Shown here: positions 48,080 through 57,283 of the stretch, piece after piece | Position numbering within the stretch: position 1 is the stretch's first letter | Layout: each line of letters begins with the position of its first letter | Assembly (NCBI GenBank): GCA_965276925.1 | Contig: OZ255711.1 | Span: 3,724,652 to 3,788,651, forward strand | DNA from: Hanamia sp. | GTDB taxonomy: Bacteria > Bacteroidota > Bacteroidia > Chitinophagales > Chitinophagaceae | Direction: 5' to 3' | DNA: 64,000 bases | Made by a program: the position numbers and the translations under genes | Notes under the pieces: generated by a model | What the model was told of the DNA's origin: nothing | Databases searched by the model: none | Seen by the model: the letters and a program-made list of their open reading frames with translations, nothing else

Positions 48080-49354
48080 TTGATTATACTGTATAGAATT
48101 TTTCTTTTTGCGTATGCTTTGGGTATCCGCATCGTTTCTTATTGGAATAAAAAAGCAGCCCTTTGGATTAGCGGAAGAAAAAATTTTTTTGAAAACCTGC
48201 CTTCATCATTTGGTAATGACAACCAAAAAAAAATATGGATGCATTGCGCAAGCCTTGGCGAGTTTGAACAAGGCAGACCTGTATTGAAAAAGATCATTGA
48301 ATCTTATCCTGGTATAAATATTATCATTACTTTTTTTTCGCCATCTGGCTATGAAATAATAAAAAGTAATAAAGAGTTTAAAAACGTTTTTTACCTGCCG
48401 GCAGATAGCGCTTCCAATGCAAAAAAGCTGATCGCTGTTTTTAAACCAAGCCTCGTGCTTTGGGTAAAATATGAATACTGGTATTTTTATTTAAAAGAAA
48501 TACAACACCAAAATATACCTCTCTTAATGATATCCGGCATGTATGAAAAGAGCCAGCCTTTTTTTAAATGGTATGGAAATTTTTATAAAAAAATGCTTGA
48601 CAGCTTTACACATTTTTTTGTTCAAAATGTTTCCTCACAGCAACTGCTGCAAAAATTAGTTGCTTCGCAAAAGATCACCATTTCAGGCGATACCCGATGC
48701 GACCGGGTTATCAGCATTTCAGAAAATATTACAGAAGTTGATGGCATTGCATCTTTTTGCGATGGTAAAAAAACTATAGTGTGTGGCAGCACCTGGGAAG
48801 ACGATGAAGCAGAATGGATACACTTTGTAAAAACGCATCCTGAAATAAAATTTATTATTGCTCCGCATGAAATAGATCAGGAAAACCTGGATGATGTAAA
48901 GAAGCAATTTTCCGGCGCGTTGTTTTACTCAGAATGGATACAACGTTTGCAGCATAACAGTTATGCCTCAAACGATTCTACATGCAACTGCCTGATCATT
49001 GATAATATTGGAATGCTTTCCCGCCTGTACTACTATGCTTCTGTAACGTACGTTGGTGGCGGCTTTGGCTACAAAGGCCTTCACAACATTCTTGAAGCTG
49101 CAGTATATGGCAAGCCGGTCATCTTCGGGCCTGAATATGAAAAAAACTTTGAAGCTGAAGAACTGATTGATTGTGGAGGAGGCATTAGCATAGAAAATGC
49201 GCTGGAGCTGGAAAAGATTGTAAATGAGTTATTGAATGATCAGGAAATGCTATCAACGAAAGGCAACGCCGCTAAAAATTATGTATATAAAAATGCAGGT
49301 GCTTCGCAAAAAATAATATCTTTTATTCAGGAAAACCGCCTTCTCACCAGCTGA
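48080..49354 (+). CDS. waaA: 3-deoxy-D-manno-octulosonic acid transferase
   Basis: WMHCASLGE, TFFSPSG, GDTR.DR, GSTW, IAPHE and HNILEAAVYG. TTG start. Confidence 0.92.
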   Translation: MIILYRIFLFAYALGIRIVSYWNKKAALWISGRKNFFENLPSSFGNDNQKKIWMHCASLGEFEQGRPVLKKIIESYPGINIIITFFSPSGYEIIKSNKEFKNVFYLPADSASNAKKLIAVFKPSLVLWVKYEYWYFYLKEIQHQNIPLLMISGMYEKSQPFFKWYGNFYKKMLDSFTHFFVQNVSSQQLLQKLVASQKITISGDTRCDRVISISENITEVDGIASFCDGKKTIVCGSTWEDDEAEWIHFVKTHPEIKFIIAPHEIDQENLDDVKKQFSGALFYSEWIQRLQHNSYASNDSTCNCLIIDNIGMLSRLYYYASVTYVGGGFGYKGLHNILEAAVYGKPVIFGPEYEKNFEAEELIDCGGGISIENALELEKIVNELLNDQEMLSTKGNAAKNYVYKNAGASQKIISFIQENRLLTS

Positions 49355-50070
49355 TCAAATTGCTTTACAACAGGATCATTATCCAGCCATCCTATTTTTA
49401 TTTTCAGTTCTCTTCTTATCCAGTATTCAGCTTCAGCAAATATGGAAAAATTTTGGATGGTTTTTATGCTTCGCTCGTACATGGCTTCATCTCCACGAAA
49501 AAGTTCGTTGATAAATAAAAAACGATCATTAATGCCTATAGCTCTTTTAAGATCCTTTATGGGCGCATCTGTCAGCTTTTCCGAGAGCTCAATGCGCACT
49601 TCTTTCAGTCGGTCGTTCAGAGATTCCGGGTAAGTGAATGGCGGTTCTTTTTTTGGCTCTTCAGGGTCTTCTTTGGGCGTCTGGTGGGTAAGCGTGGGCA
49701 CTTCTTCCACCGGGTCGTAATAGAACGGTGGCCTGGCATGCGTGCCCATAGAATTAATAGCTTCAGCATTACGCTTTATTTGATCCAGCTCTTCTTCTAT
49801 TGCCTTTTCATCTACCTGCAAAACTTCAATAATTTTTTCTTCAGCAGGAATAGTATTTATTTGCTCAGCCTCTTTTTTATTATTATTAAATGATTGAAAA
49901 GAAGACGGTAAAATAACAGAAACATTATTCTGCAATGCAGGCTGATCCTGAGCTTGCTGGCTCTGCAGCTCCGACTGAAGCATTTGTACGGTATGCAAAA
50001 GTATGGATGCGGATGCTTTATCATCCAATTGTTGTTGCAATTTTTTTATGAGAGTTGAGACTCTTTCCAT
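49327..50070 (-). CDS. Hypothetical protein with conserved-looking C-terminal domain
   Basis: IKDLKRAIGINDRFLFINELFRGD...W...FDQLVRRRF. It overlaps the waaA 3' end by 28 nt. Confidence 0.8.
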   Translation of the reverse strand: MERVSTLIKKLQQQLDDKASASILLHTVQMLQSELQSQQAQDQPALQNNVSVILPSSFQSFNNNKKEAEQINTIPAEEKIIEVLQVDEKAIEEELDQIKRNAEAINSMGTHARPPFYYDPVEEVPTLTHQTPKEDPEEPKKEPPFTYPESLNDRLKEVRIELSEKLTDAPIKDLKRAIGINDRFLFINELFRGDEAMYERSIKTIQNFSIFAEAEYWIRRELKIKIGWLDNDPVVKQFDQLVRRRFS

Positions 50071-50202
50071 GTAAAATATATGCGCTTGCGTCTGGATCTT
50101 TTTTGCAGGAAATGAAATGTTTGTTTTTGTATTAACCTAAAATCATTTTAACCTTGCAGTGAGGGCTAAGATACAAATTGATATGAAAATGAAATATAAA
50201 AA

Positions 50203-50778
50203 ATGTTTATAGAACCCAATTTCAGAGGAGAGCGGCGCGGATGGATAGAAGTTATTTGCGGCAGCATGTTCAGCGGAAAAACTGAAGAACTGATACGAAG
50301 GCTGAAGCGCGTAAAGATTGCAAATCTGAAAGCTGAAATTTTTAAGCCTTCTGTGGATAAAAGGTATGATGAAATAAAAATTGTAAGCCATGATGAAAAT
50401 AAAATACAATCAACACCGGTGGATGATTCACAAAAAATTTTATTGCTGGCAAAAGATGTGGATGTGGTGGGCATTGATGAAGCGCAGTTTTTTGATGAAA
50501 AAATCACAACGGTGTGCGAGGAACTTGCAACAAATGGCATCAGGGTAATTGTGGCCGGGCTTGACATGGATTATAAAGGCAATCCTTTCGGGGAAATGCC
50601 CAAACTGCTTTCCATTGCCGATTACATAACCAAGCTTCATGCGATATGTGTAAAGTGCGGAAACATCGCTAATATAAGTTATCGAAAGGTTACAATGGAG
50701 GCGCAGGTGTTGGTAGGCGAAAAAGATTTGTATGAGCCGCGATGCCGCATCTGCGCAGCTTTAGGAGATGCTCTATAA
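50203..50778 (+). CDS. tdk: Thymidine kinase
   Basis: [29 protein letters not shown], zinc Cys pairs and YEPRCR. Confidence 0.96.
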   Translation: MFIEPNFRGERRGWIEVICGSMFSGKTEELIRRLKRVKIANLKAEIFKPSVDKRYDEIKIVSHDENKIQSTPVDDSQKILLLAKDVDVVGIDEAQFFDEKITTVCEELATNGIRVIVAGLDMDYKGNPFGEMPKLLSIADYITKLHAICVKCGNIANISYRKVTMEAQVLVGEKDLYEPRCRICAALGDAL

Positions 50779-50800
50779 ATAATAGTGATTAATATAAACC

Positions 50801-51457
50801 ATGAGCAACCCTGTTTTCACTTTATTAAAAAAAGACTTATTGCTTGAGTTAAGGCAGCAATATGTTTTTTATGGAATATTACTTTATGTGGCCTCCACCA
50901 TTTTTGTTTTATATCTCGCCATGAGCCAGCCCGAAGGCGCAGTGTACAATGGTCTTTTTTGGATGATACAATTGTTTGTTTGCATCAATGCGGTAGCCAA
51001 AAGTTTTTTACAGGAAAGCAGAGGAAGAATGTTATATTATTTTACCATCGCAAGCCCGGTAAGCTTCATTGTTGCGAAGCTTATTTATAACACCCTTGTA
51101 ATGCTGCTGATGGTAATACTTAGCCTGTTACTTTTCAGAATATTATTAGGTAACCCTGTAAATGATTATGTAAAATTTATTGGCATTGCTTGTCTGGGCG
51201 GCATCAGCTTAAGTCTTGTTTTTACTTTGATGGCCGCTATTGCCGCTAAGGCGCAGCAGAATGCAGCAGTGATGGCTATACTTGGTTTTCCGCTAATTAT
51301 ACCTCAATTATTATTATTAATAAGGCTATCAAAATCTGCATTTGGCGAGGCTTTCAGAGGAGGTGCTTTAATGCAGATCACACTTTTATTAATTGCTTTG
51401 GATGTGTTGGTTATTGTATTGGCTATTGTGCTGTTTCCCTTTTTGTGGAAGGATTGA
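50801..51457 (+). CDS. ccmB: Heme exporter protein CcmB
   Basis: LLKKDLLLE start, 6 TM segments, LMAAIAAKA, ILGFPLIIP and LFPFLWKD. Confidence 0.8.
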   Translation: MSNPVFTLLKKDLLLELRQQYVFYGILLYVASTIFVLYLAMSQPEGAVYNGLFWMIQLFVCINAVAKSFLQESRGRMLYYFTIASPVSFIVAKLIYNTLVMLLMVILSLLLFRILLGNPVNDYVKFIGIACLGGISLSLVFTLMAAIAAKAQQNAAVMAILGFPLIIPQLLLLIRLSKSAFGEAFRGGALMQITLLLIALDVLVIVLAIVLFPFLWKD

Positions 51458-51498
51458 AAAGTAAGTTCCTGATTGTTTTGCAAGAATACTATCTCAAT

Positions 51499-52179
51499 CT
51501 ATTTTGCAATAATTACTGTTCCTCCGGAATCTGGTAAGGGTAAATAATTAATTTTTTGTTCCATACAAAATTGTTCCACCGCTTTTCGTGAACCTTTATA
51601 ATTATCATTATTAAAGTCATGAATAAAGATGTAACCGCCGGAAACTAATTTTGGATAAAAAAAAACCAAGCCGTTGTAAATTGGTTCATATAAATCTGCA
51701 TCAATACTCACAAACACAAAAGCTGATCGGATATTTTTCGCAGATTCCGGAAAAAAACCCTTTACGGGTATACATTTTTCAACATATGGCATCAATTTAA
51801 GAACTGCTTCTACAGAAGTATTTGAAAAGTCTTGTTCTCCGGAAGAGAATTTATTTTCTTTTTCAGTGATGATATCCTTATTATCAAAACCTTCAAAAGT
51901 ATCAAAAAGGTATAATGAACGTGTTGGGAAATACTGGTTAATATATCTTGCAAACTTTCCCTTATATACTCCCAATTCCGCAACATCTCCATCAAGTTTT
52001 TTTTGGTAAATCTCCTGGCTTATCAGCTCAAGTGTTGCAAGGCGTATATAGTCAAAATAATTTCTATCTATTTTTCTTTCCCGATTATAATAGCTCAGAG
52101 AGTTTCCTATAAAAACCTTTTTTTTATGAAATGCTTTCCCAAAAAAGAAATTCATACCCTTGCCAAATACTTCTATCAT
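51499..52179 (-). CDS. TylF/MycF/NovP-family O-methyltransferase
   Basis: GDVAELGVYKG, LYLFDTFEGF, KGFFPES, SIDADLYEP and GGYIFIHDF. Confidence 0.9.
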   Translation of the reverse strand: MIEVFGKGMNFFFGKAFHKKKVFIGNSLSYYNRERKIDRNYFDYIRLATLELISQEIYQKKLDGDVAELGVYKGKFARYINQYFPTRSLYLFDTFEGFDNKDIITEKENKFSSGEQDFSNTSVEAVLKLMPYVEKCIPVKGFFPESAKNIRSAFVFVSIDADLYEPIYNGLVFFYPKLVSGGYIFIHDFNNDNYKGSRKAVEQFCMEQKINYLPLPDSGGTVIIAK

Positions 52180-52203
52180 AAATATGAAATAGCAGTTAAA
52201 TCA

Positions 52204-52233
52204 ATTGTACTGTTTCCTTTTGTATGGAAAGGT
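52204..52233 (+). repeat. Diverged direct repeat of the last 10 codons of ccmB (51425-51454)
   Basis: ATTGTACTGTTTCCTTTTGTATGGAAAGGT versus ATTGTGCTGTTTCCCTTTTTGTGGAAGGAT: 24/30 nt, IVLFPFVWKG versus IVLFPFLWKD. Confidence 0.75.
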
Positions 52234-52298
52234 GGAATAGTGTGAAAATTGGAAAATTGGAAGACTGCAATTTTCACATTTGCTAATTATCAAGTTTG

Positions 52299-53177
52299 CT
52301 AATTGGTTTTCTTCATCACCTCTGCCATTGTTTTTCCAATATCAGCGGGGCTTGCAACCACATGAACACCGCATTCAGCAAGTATCTTCATCTTTGCCGC
52401 AGCAGTATCTTCAGCGCCACCAACTATTGCACCTGCATGGCCCATTCGCCTTCCTGCGGGCGCCGTTTGCCCGGCTATGAACCCAACAACCGGCTTGCGG
52501 GAATTTTCTTTTATCCATTTAGCAGCATCCGCTTCCATGCTTCCGCCAATTTCCCCAATCATTACAATACCATCGGTTTCTTTATCATTCATAAATAATT
52601 CCACTGCTTCCTTTGTTGTGGTTCCGATTATCGGATCGCCGCCAATGCCTATTGCTGTTGATATGCCAAGGCCAGCCTTTGCAACCTGGTCAGCAGCTTC
52701 GTAAGTAAGCGTTCCGGATTTGGACACAATTCCTATTTTTCCTTTCTTAAAAATAAAACCAGGCATAATACCCACTTTACACTCATCGGCAGTGATAACG
52801 CCCGGGCAATTTGGGCCTATTAATCTTGAATTAGTATCTAACAAATAACTTTTAACCTTCACCATATCCTGCACTGGTATGCCTTCTGTAATGCAAACAA
52901 TCAATGCTATGCCCGCTTCTGCAGCTTCCATAATTGCATCTGCGGCAAATGCAGGAGGAACAAAAATGATACTTACATCAGCGCCTGTTTGTTTTACGGC
53001 TTCTTCTACTGTGTTAAAAACAGGATTATCCAAATGTGTGGTGCCGCCTTTGTTAGGCGTTACGCCACCCACCACCTTAGTTCCATATTCGATCATTTGC
53101 GTGGCATGAAATGTTCCTTCAGTGCCTGTAAAACCCTGCACAATGATCTTTGAATTTTTATTTACTAAAACTGACAT
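52299..53177 (-). CDS. sucD: Succinyl-CoA synthetase alpha subunit
   Basis: [30 protein letters not shown] and RRMGHAGAI. Confidence 0.97.
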   Translation of the reverse strand: MSVLVNKNSKIIVQGFTGTEGTFHATQMIEYGTKVVGGVTPNKGGTTHLDNPVFNTVEEAVKQTGADVSIIFVPPAFAADAIMEAAEAGIALIVCITEGIPVQDMVKVKSYLLDTNSRLIGPNCPGVITADECKVGIMPGFIFKKGKIGIVSKSGTLTYEAADQVAKAGLGISTAIGIGGDPIIGTTTKEAVELFMNDKETDGIVMIGEIGGSMEADAAKWIKENSRKPVVGFIAGQTAPAGRRMGHAGAIVGGAEDTAAAKMKILAECGVHVVASPADIGKTMAEVMKKTN

Positions 53178-53213
53178 GAATAAATTTTAAGTTGGCAAAT
53201 ATATGAAAAGAAC

Positions 53214-53297
53214 AGCCCCTATCCCCGAAGGGGAAATCAAAAACTATTTCATTTTAAGTATTGTCCTTCCCTTTCGGGGAAGGGTTGGAATGGGGCT
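53214..53297. repeat. Inverted pair of REP-like GC hairpin units
   Basis: AGCCCC-TA-TCCCC-GAA-GGGGA (53214-53234) and CCTTCCC-TTTCG-GGGAAGG...GGGGCT (53265-53297), with AGCCCC/GGGGCT inverted ends. Confidence 0.7.
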
Positions 53298-54915
53298 TTA
53301 ATTTAAACTCATCCCCATCAAATAAACCCAAATCACTAAGCTTTATATGGGGAATAACCAGCAACGCCATAAAAGATAAAGTCATGAAAGGTGCGGATAG
53401 CTGTGAGCCCAAAGACCCGGCTGCAAGATCAATGTCAGTATAGTTTTCAGCCACTTTATACCCATCTTCATTGCTCATTAAACCCGCAACCGGCAATGGC
53501 AAAATTTTCCGGAAACCGTTGCCCACACAACTAATGCCTCCCTTACCATCAATTACTAAATTTATTGCTTCGCAAATACTTGTATCATCTGCGCCAACGG
53601 CAATTATGTTGTGGCTGTCGTGCGCAACAGACGATGCAATAGCGCCTTTTTTTAAACCAAAATTTTTTATAAAAGCAACAGCAATAGGTGCATCTTTATA
53701 ACGATTAATCACAACTATTTTTAAAAGATCATTAACAACATCACTTACATAAAAGCCATTTTCAGCTTTCGGATTTACAAATATTTTATTGGTAATTAAT
53801 TGCCCATCCAACGCTTCGATTGCATACATTTTCTCTTCAGTATTTTTTTTAAATAAAAAATCTGATATCTTTTTTTTATTACAATTAAAATTATTTATTA
53901 AGCCAGCTTTCTTTGTTTCAATCTTTGAAACGCCATTCTCTGCAACAAGATTTCCGTTTATATAAGTGGATAAAACTTTAAACTCTTGCAAGTTGTTTAT
54001 GATGATGAAATCGGCGCTGTCATTAGGTTTCAGCGTTCCCACTTTCATGTTGTAATGCTTAACAGGATTAATGCAGGCAGCTTTTAATATTATAAAAACA
54101 TCAATATTCTTTGCAACTGCTCTTTTGCAAAGCTCATTAATGTGGCCTTTCACCAGGCTATCAGGATGCTTATCATCACTGCAAAACATCATATCATCTT
54201 CATGTTCATTCAGCAGCTCAATTAACGCTTCAAAGTTTTTTGCAGCGCTTCCTTCACGAATTAATATCTTCATTCCATATTGCATTTTTTCCAGCGCTTC
54301 TTCTTTGGTAAAACATTCATGATCGGTGCTGATGCCCGCTTCTATATATTTTTTTGCATCTGCGCCACGCAAGCCCGGCGCATGGCCATCAATAGGTTTA
54401 TTATAAATTTTTGCAGACATAATTTTTGCTTCCACTTCCTCATCGTGATGCAAAACACCAGGAAAATTCATCATCTCACTTAAATAATTTATTTCATTTT
54501 TTTGCAAAAGTGTATCCACTTTATTTGCATTCAGTGAAGCTCCTGCAGTCTCAAAATCAGTGGCGGGCACACAGCATGGCGCTCCAAAATAAAATTTAAA
54601 AGGAACTGTTTTGCCGTTTTCAATCATGTACCTAACGCCCTGAAAGCCGCACACATTAGCTATTTCATGCGGATCGCTTACGGTGGCTACCGTGCCATGA
54701 ACCACAGCAAGCTTTGCAAATTCTGATGGCACCAGCATAGAGCTTTCTATGTGAATATGGGCATCAATAAAACCTGGTAAAATATAGGGTTCATCTTTTT
54801 TTTCAACATCAATTTTTTCTATCAAAAAAATCTTTTCACCGGTAATATTTATTGAGCCATAAAAAATCTTTTTATTTTCTATGTCAACAATATTTCCTTT
54901 TATAATAAGAGACAT
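53254..54915 (-). CDS. ade: Adenine deaminase
   Basis: [46 protein letters not shown] and AHDSHN. Confidence 0.95.
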   Translation of the reverse strand: MSLIIKGNIVDIENKKIFYGSINITGEKIFLIEKIDVEKKDEPYILPGFIDAHIHIESSMLVPSEFAKLAVVHGTVATVSDPHEIANVCGFQGVRYMIENGKTVPFKFYFGAPCCVPATDFETAGASLNANKVDTLLQKNEINYLSEMMNFPGVLHHDEEVEAKIMSAKIYNKPIDGHAPGLRGADAKKYIEAGISTDHECFTKEEALEKMQYGMKILIREGSAAKNFEALIELLNEHEDDMMFCSDDKHPDSLVKGHINELCKRAVAKNIDVFIILKAACINPVKHYNMKVGTLKPNDSADFIIINNLQEFKVLSTYINGNLVAENGVSKIETKKAGLINNFNCNKKKISDFLFKKNTEEKMYAIEALDGQLITNKIFVNPKAENGFYVSDVVNDLLKIVVINRYKDAPIAVAFIKNFGLKKGAIASSVAHDSHNIIAVGADDTSICEAINLVIDGKGGISCVGNGFRKILPLPVAGLMSNEDGYKVAENYTDIDLAAGSLGSQLSAPFMTLSFMALLVIPHIKLSDLGLFDGDEFKLKPHSNPSPKGKDNT

Positions 54916-55019
54916 GTTCGTTTAAAATAAGTGAATGCGTTTAAAATTGTATTAAAAATAAAGCTGAAAAAATAAGGCTTTAATTTATCTCTTACCTTGC
55001 ATCATTAAAATTTTACATA

Positions 55020-55751
55020 ATGAAAAATATAATTCTTTTTATTGTTTTTATATTATCGCTGGTATTAGTGCAATTTGCCAGTGGCCAATCGGTAGATGAT
55101 GTGATAAACCAATATATAGCAGCACGCGGCGGAAAGGATAAGCTTACAGCTATAAAAACTTTATACCTGGAAGGCACCAGGCAAATGATGGGAAACGAAG
55201 TGCAGGTAAAGGTTACAAAGGTTGATGAAAAATTAAACCGTGTTGATTTTGAGTTTGGAGGTAATTCCGGCTACACTATTATTACACCGGATAAAGGATG
55301 GACATATATTCCTATGCGTTCGGATAAGCCAGAAGAAATGCCACAGGCAAGGGTAAAAAATATGCAGGATCAACTTGATATTGCCGGGCCGATGGTTGAT
55401 TATAAAACCAAAGGTTATAAAGCAGAACTGGGTGGTAAAGAAACTGTAAATGGCAAGGAAGCCTATAAAGTGGAGCTCACCAATGCTGCCGGAAAAGAGT
55501 TTACTTATTACATTGACACTAAAACTAATTTGCTGATACAAACAAAACAAATGAGTGAAATGGGCGGCCAAAATGGAGGCAAGCCTGTTGAAGTAATTAC
55601 CGACTTAAGCGATTATACCAGCGTGGATGGCGTTATGTTTCCTCAAACTATAACCACCGAAGGAACGGGCATGGGCGCGGGTTCCATGACCTTTGATAAA
55701 ATACAAATTAACAAGCCGGTTGATGAAAGCTTGTATAAACCATCTAATTAA
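55020..55751 (+). CDS. Secreted LolA-like / lipoprotein-sorting-fold hypothetical protein
   Basis: Signal peptide, YIAARGG..KL, G.ETVNGKEAYKVEL, YYID.KT.L and DY..VDGVMFP. Confidence 0.65.
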   Translation: MKNIILFIVFILSLVLVQFASGQSVDDVINQYIAARGGKDKLTAIKTLYLEGTRQMMGNEVQVKVTKVDEKLNRVDFEFGGNSGYTIITPDKGWTYIPMRSDKPEEMPQARVKNMQDQLDIAGPMVDYKTKGYKAELGGKETVNGKEAYKVELTNAAGKEFTYYIDTKTNLLIQTKQMSEMGGQNGGKPVEVITDLSDYTSVDGVMFPQTITTEGTGMGAGSMTFDKIQINKPVDESLYKPSN

Positions 55752-55902
55752 ATTTTAAGTCGTTCTAATAATTATCTGCTTCATTTATATTTTATTATCA
55801 GAACTCTTTAGCATGTTATTAAACTTTTTTCTGTAAAATTGGTTAACATTATTAAAAGTATACAGAGTTGTTTACTTACTTCTATAGAAAATTATTTAAG
55901 CC

Positions 55903-56358
55903 ATGTCACCACTTATAAGCTGGGATGTTGCTCAGGAAGGTATGCAAAGGAGAATAGCGTTGCAAAAGGACCTGGCAAAGCTTGACATGTTTGCAAGCAG
56001 CAATAAATGGAACACCAAAGCTCAATGGCGTAATGGTCTTATTTGGGAAGATAAGACTATAATACTTACCGATCCTGTTTTGAAAATTGTTTACGCCTCT
56101 GAAAACATTTTCAGCATGAACGGCTATAGCCAGCAAGAAGTGATAGGAAAAACGCCAAGAATATTTCAGGGAGAAAAAACTGAGCGAAATGAGTTAGCGG
56201 AAATAAGAAGATCAGTAAAAAAACAAATTGCTTTTGAATCTTTTATAATTAATTATAAAAAGAACGGAGAAATATATAATTGCCACATTGAAGGCTACCC
56301 CGTATTTAACAGACAAAAAGAATTGTTACATTTTATTGCGCTCGAAAATGTCGCCTGA
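55903..56358 (+). CDS. Stand-alone PAS (LOV-like) domain protein
   Basis: IVYASENI..MNGY...EVIGKTPRIFQG and NYKKNG. It lacks the LOV NCRFLQ cysteine. Confidence 0.85.
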   Translation: MSPLISWDVAQEGMQRRIALQKDLAKLDMFASSNKWNTKAQWRNGLIWEDKTIILTDPVLKIVYASENIFSMNGYSQQEVIGKTPRIFQGEKTERNELAEIRRSVKKQIAFESFIINYKKNGEIYNCHIEGYPVFNRQKELLHFIALENVA

Positions 56359-56407
56359 ATTTATAGAAGCGTTTACTTATAAATTTTTTTGAATACAATA
56401 CGTCTCT

Positions 56408-56415
56408 TATATTTG
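56408..56415 (+). promoter_or_regulatory. -7 element (TATATTTG) for tRNA-Val
   Basis: Matches TAnnTTTG 17 nt upstream of the mature tRNA 5' end. Confidence 0.75.
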
Positions 56416-56432
56416 CACTCCCAAAAATAAAC

Positions 56433-56507
56433 GGGAGCATAGCTCAGCTGGTTTAGAGCATCTGCCTTACAAGCAGAGGGTCCGCGGTTCGAACCCGTGT
56501 GCTCCCA
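56433..56507 (+). tRNA. tRNA-Val(TAC)
   Basis: GGGAGCATAGCTCAGCTGGTTTAGAGCATCTGCCTTACAAGCAGAGGGTCCGCGGTTCGAACCCGTGTGCTCCCA, a cloverleaf with a TAC anticodon. Confidence 0.97.
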
Positions 56508-56508
56508 C

Positions 56509-56543
56509 AAAAAAGCCGCCTCACAAGTATGGGGCGGCTTTTT
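56509..56543. terminator. Bidirectional intrinsic terminator
   Basis: AAAAAAGCCGCC...GGCGGCTTTTT. Confidence 0.85.
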
Positions 56544-56587
56544 ATTTCTATATTCTTTCAGAATAAATTAACCAGCATTTACCTCGC

Positions 56588-56818
56588 TTAAATTTTAGTA
56601 ACAGTAAGCGTGGTTACAGTTGCTGGCGCAGACTGTGCTTCGCTTGATATAACATTTACTTTTTCTACGGGTACTGTGTTTCTAATGGTATCATTTGAAA
56701 TTCCTAATGCGAATAAAACAGGTATGGCAATGCCTACAATCAGTACCTGGAAAGAATATACACTTCTTTTTACTGTTTCAAAAGCTGAATTTTTGCTGTT
56801 ATTAATCTTAGTTTTCAT
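56588..56818 (-). CDS. Small single-TM hypothetical protein (76 aa)
   Basis: ATG start, one hydrophobic helix (VLIVGIAIPVLFALGIS), and its own TATCTTTG element at 56856-56863. Confidence 0.65.
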   Translation of the reverse strand: MKTKINNSKNSAFETVKRSVYSFQVLIVGIAIPVLFALGISNDTIRNTVPVEKVNVISSEAQSAPATVTTLTVTKI

Positions 56819-56877
56819 TGTTTAATATTTAATAGTTTAATTGTTATTTACTATGCAAAGATATATAGATAATACTG

Positions 56878-56896
56878 TACTATGCAATACATAGTA
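56878..56896. promoter_or_regulatory. Operator-like palindrome TACTATG-N5-CATAGTA
   Basis: A perfect 7-5-7 inverted repeat 15 nt upstream of the -7 element of the 76-aa gene. Confidence 0.45.
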
Positions 56897-57017
56897 TATT
56901 GAATGGCATAATAGCTTTTTAAAAGGCATTTAAAAATATATAAGTGGTAAAAAATAACAGATTCTATTCCTCTTTACCAAAGGTTATAAGCATAATAACC
57001 TGCAAAATTCTTAAAAT

Positions 57018-57197
57018 AAAAAAAAGCGCTGAATACACAGCACTTTCACAACGTTGGTTTTTCTGTTCAGGAGTAAAAAGAATTATCGGCTAAACTGTAA
57101 GCCGCATAAAATATTATATTGTAAAAAGGAAGTATTGGTTGATAAAATAAAAAGGTATCGTTCTATGCGAGCAGGCGCTTGTCGCAGGGTATCGGGT
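57018..57197 (-). ncRNA. Candidate small RNA (about 180 nt)
   Basis: A TACTTTTG -7 element at 57210-57203, no ORF longer than 5 codons seen, an internal hairpin, and an intrinsic terminator ending at 57018. Confidence 0.35.
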
Positions 57198-57283
57198 TTG
57201 TTCAAAAGTATTTATAGAATGTGATAATAAAAAAACCAAATTGCGATATATTAAATACAAACATCATCAAACAATCATTTTAT

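Noticed and set aside
49327-49354. 28-nt convergent overlap between waaA and the hypothetical gene
   Set aside because: Short tail-to-tail overlaps are common and both frames look normal.
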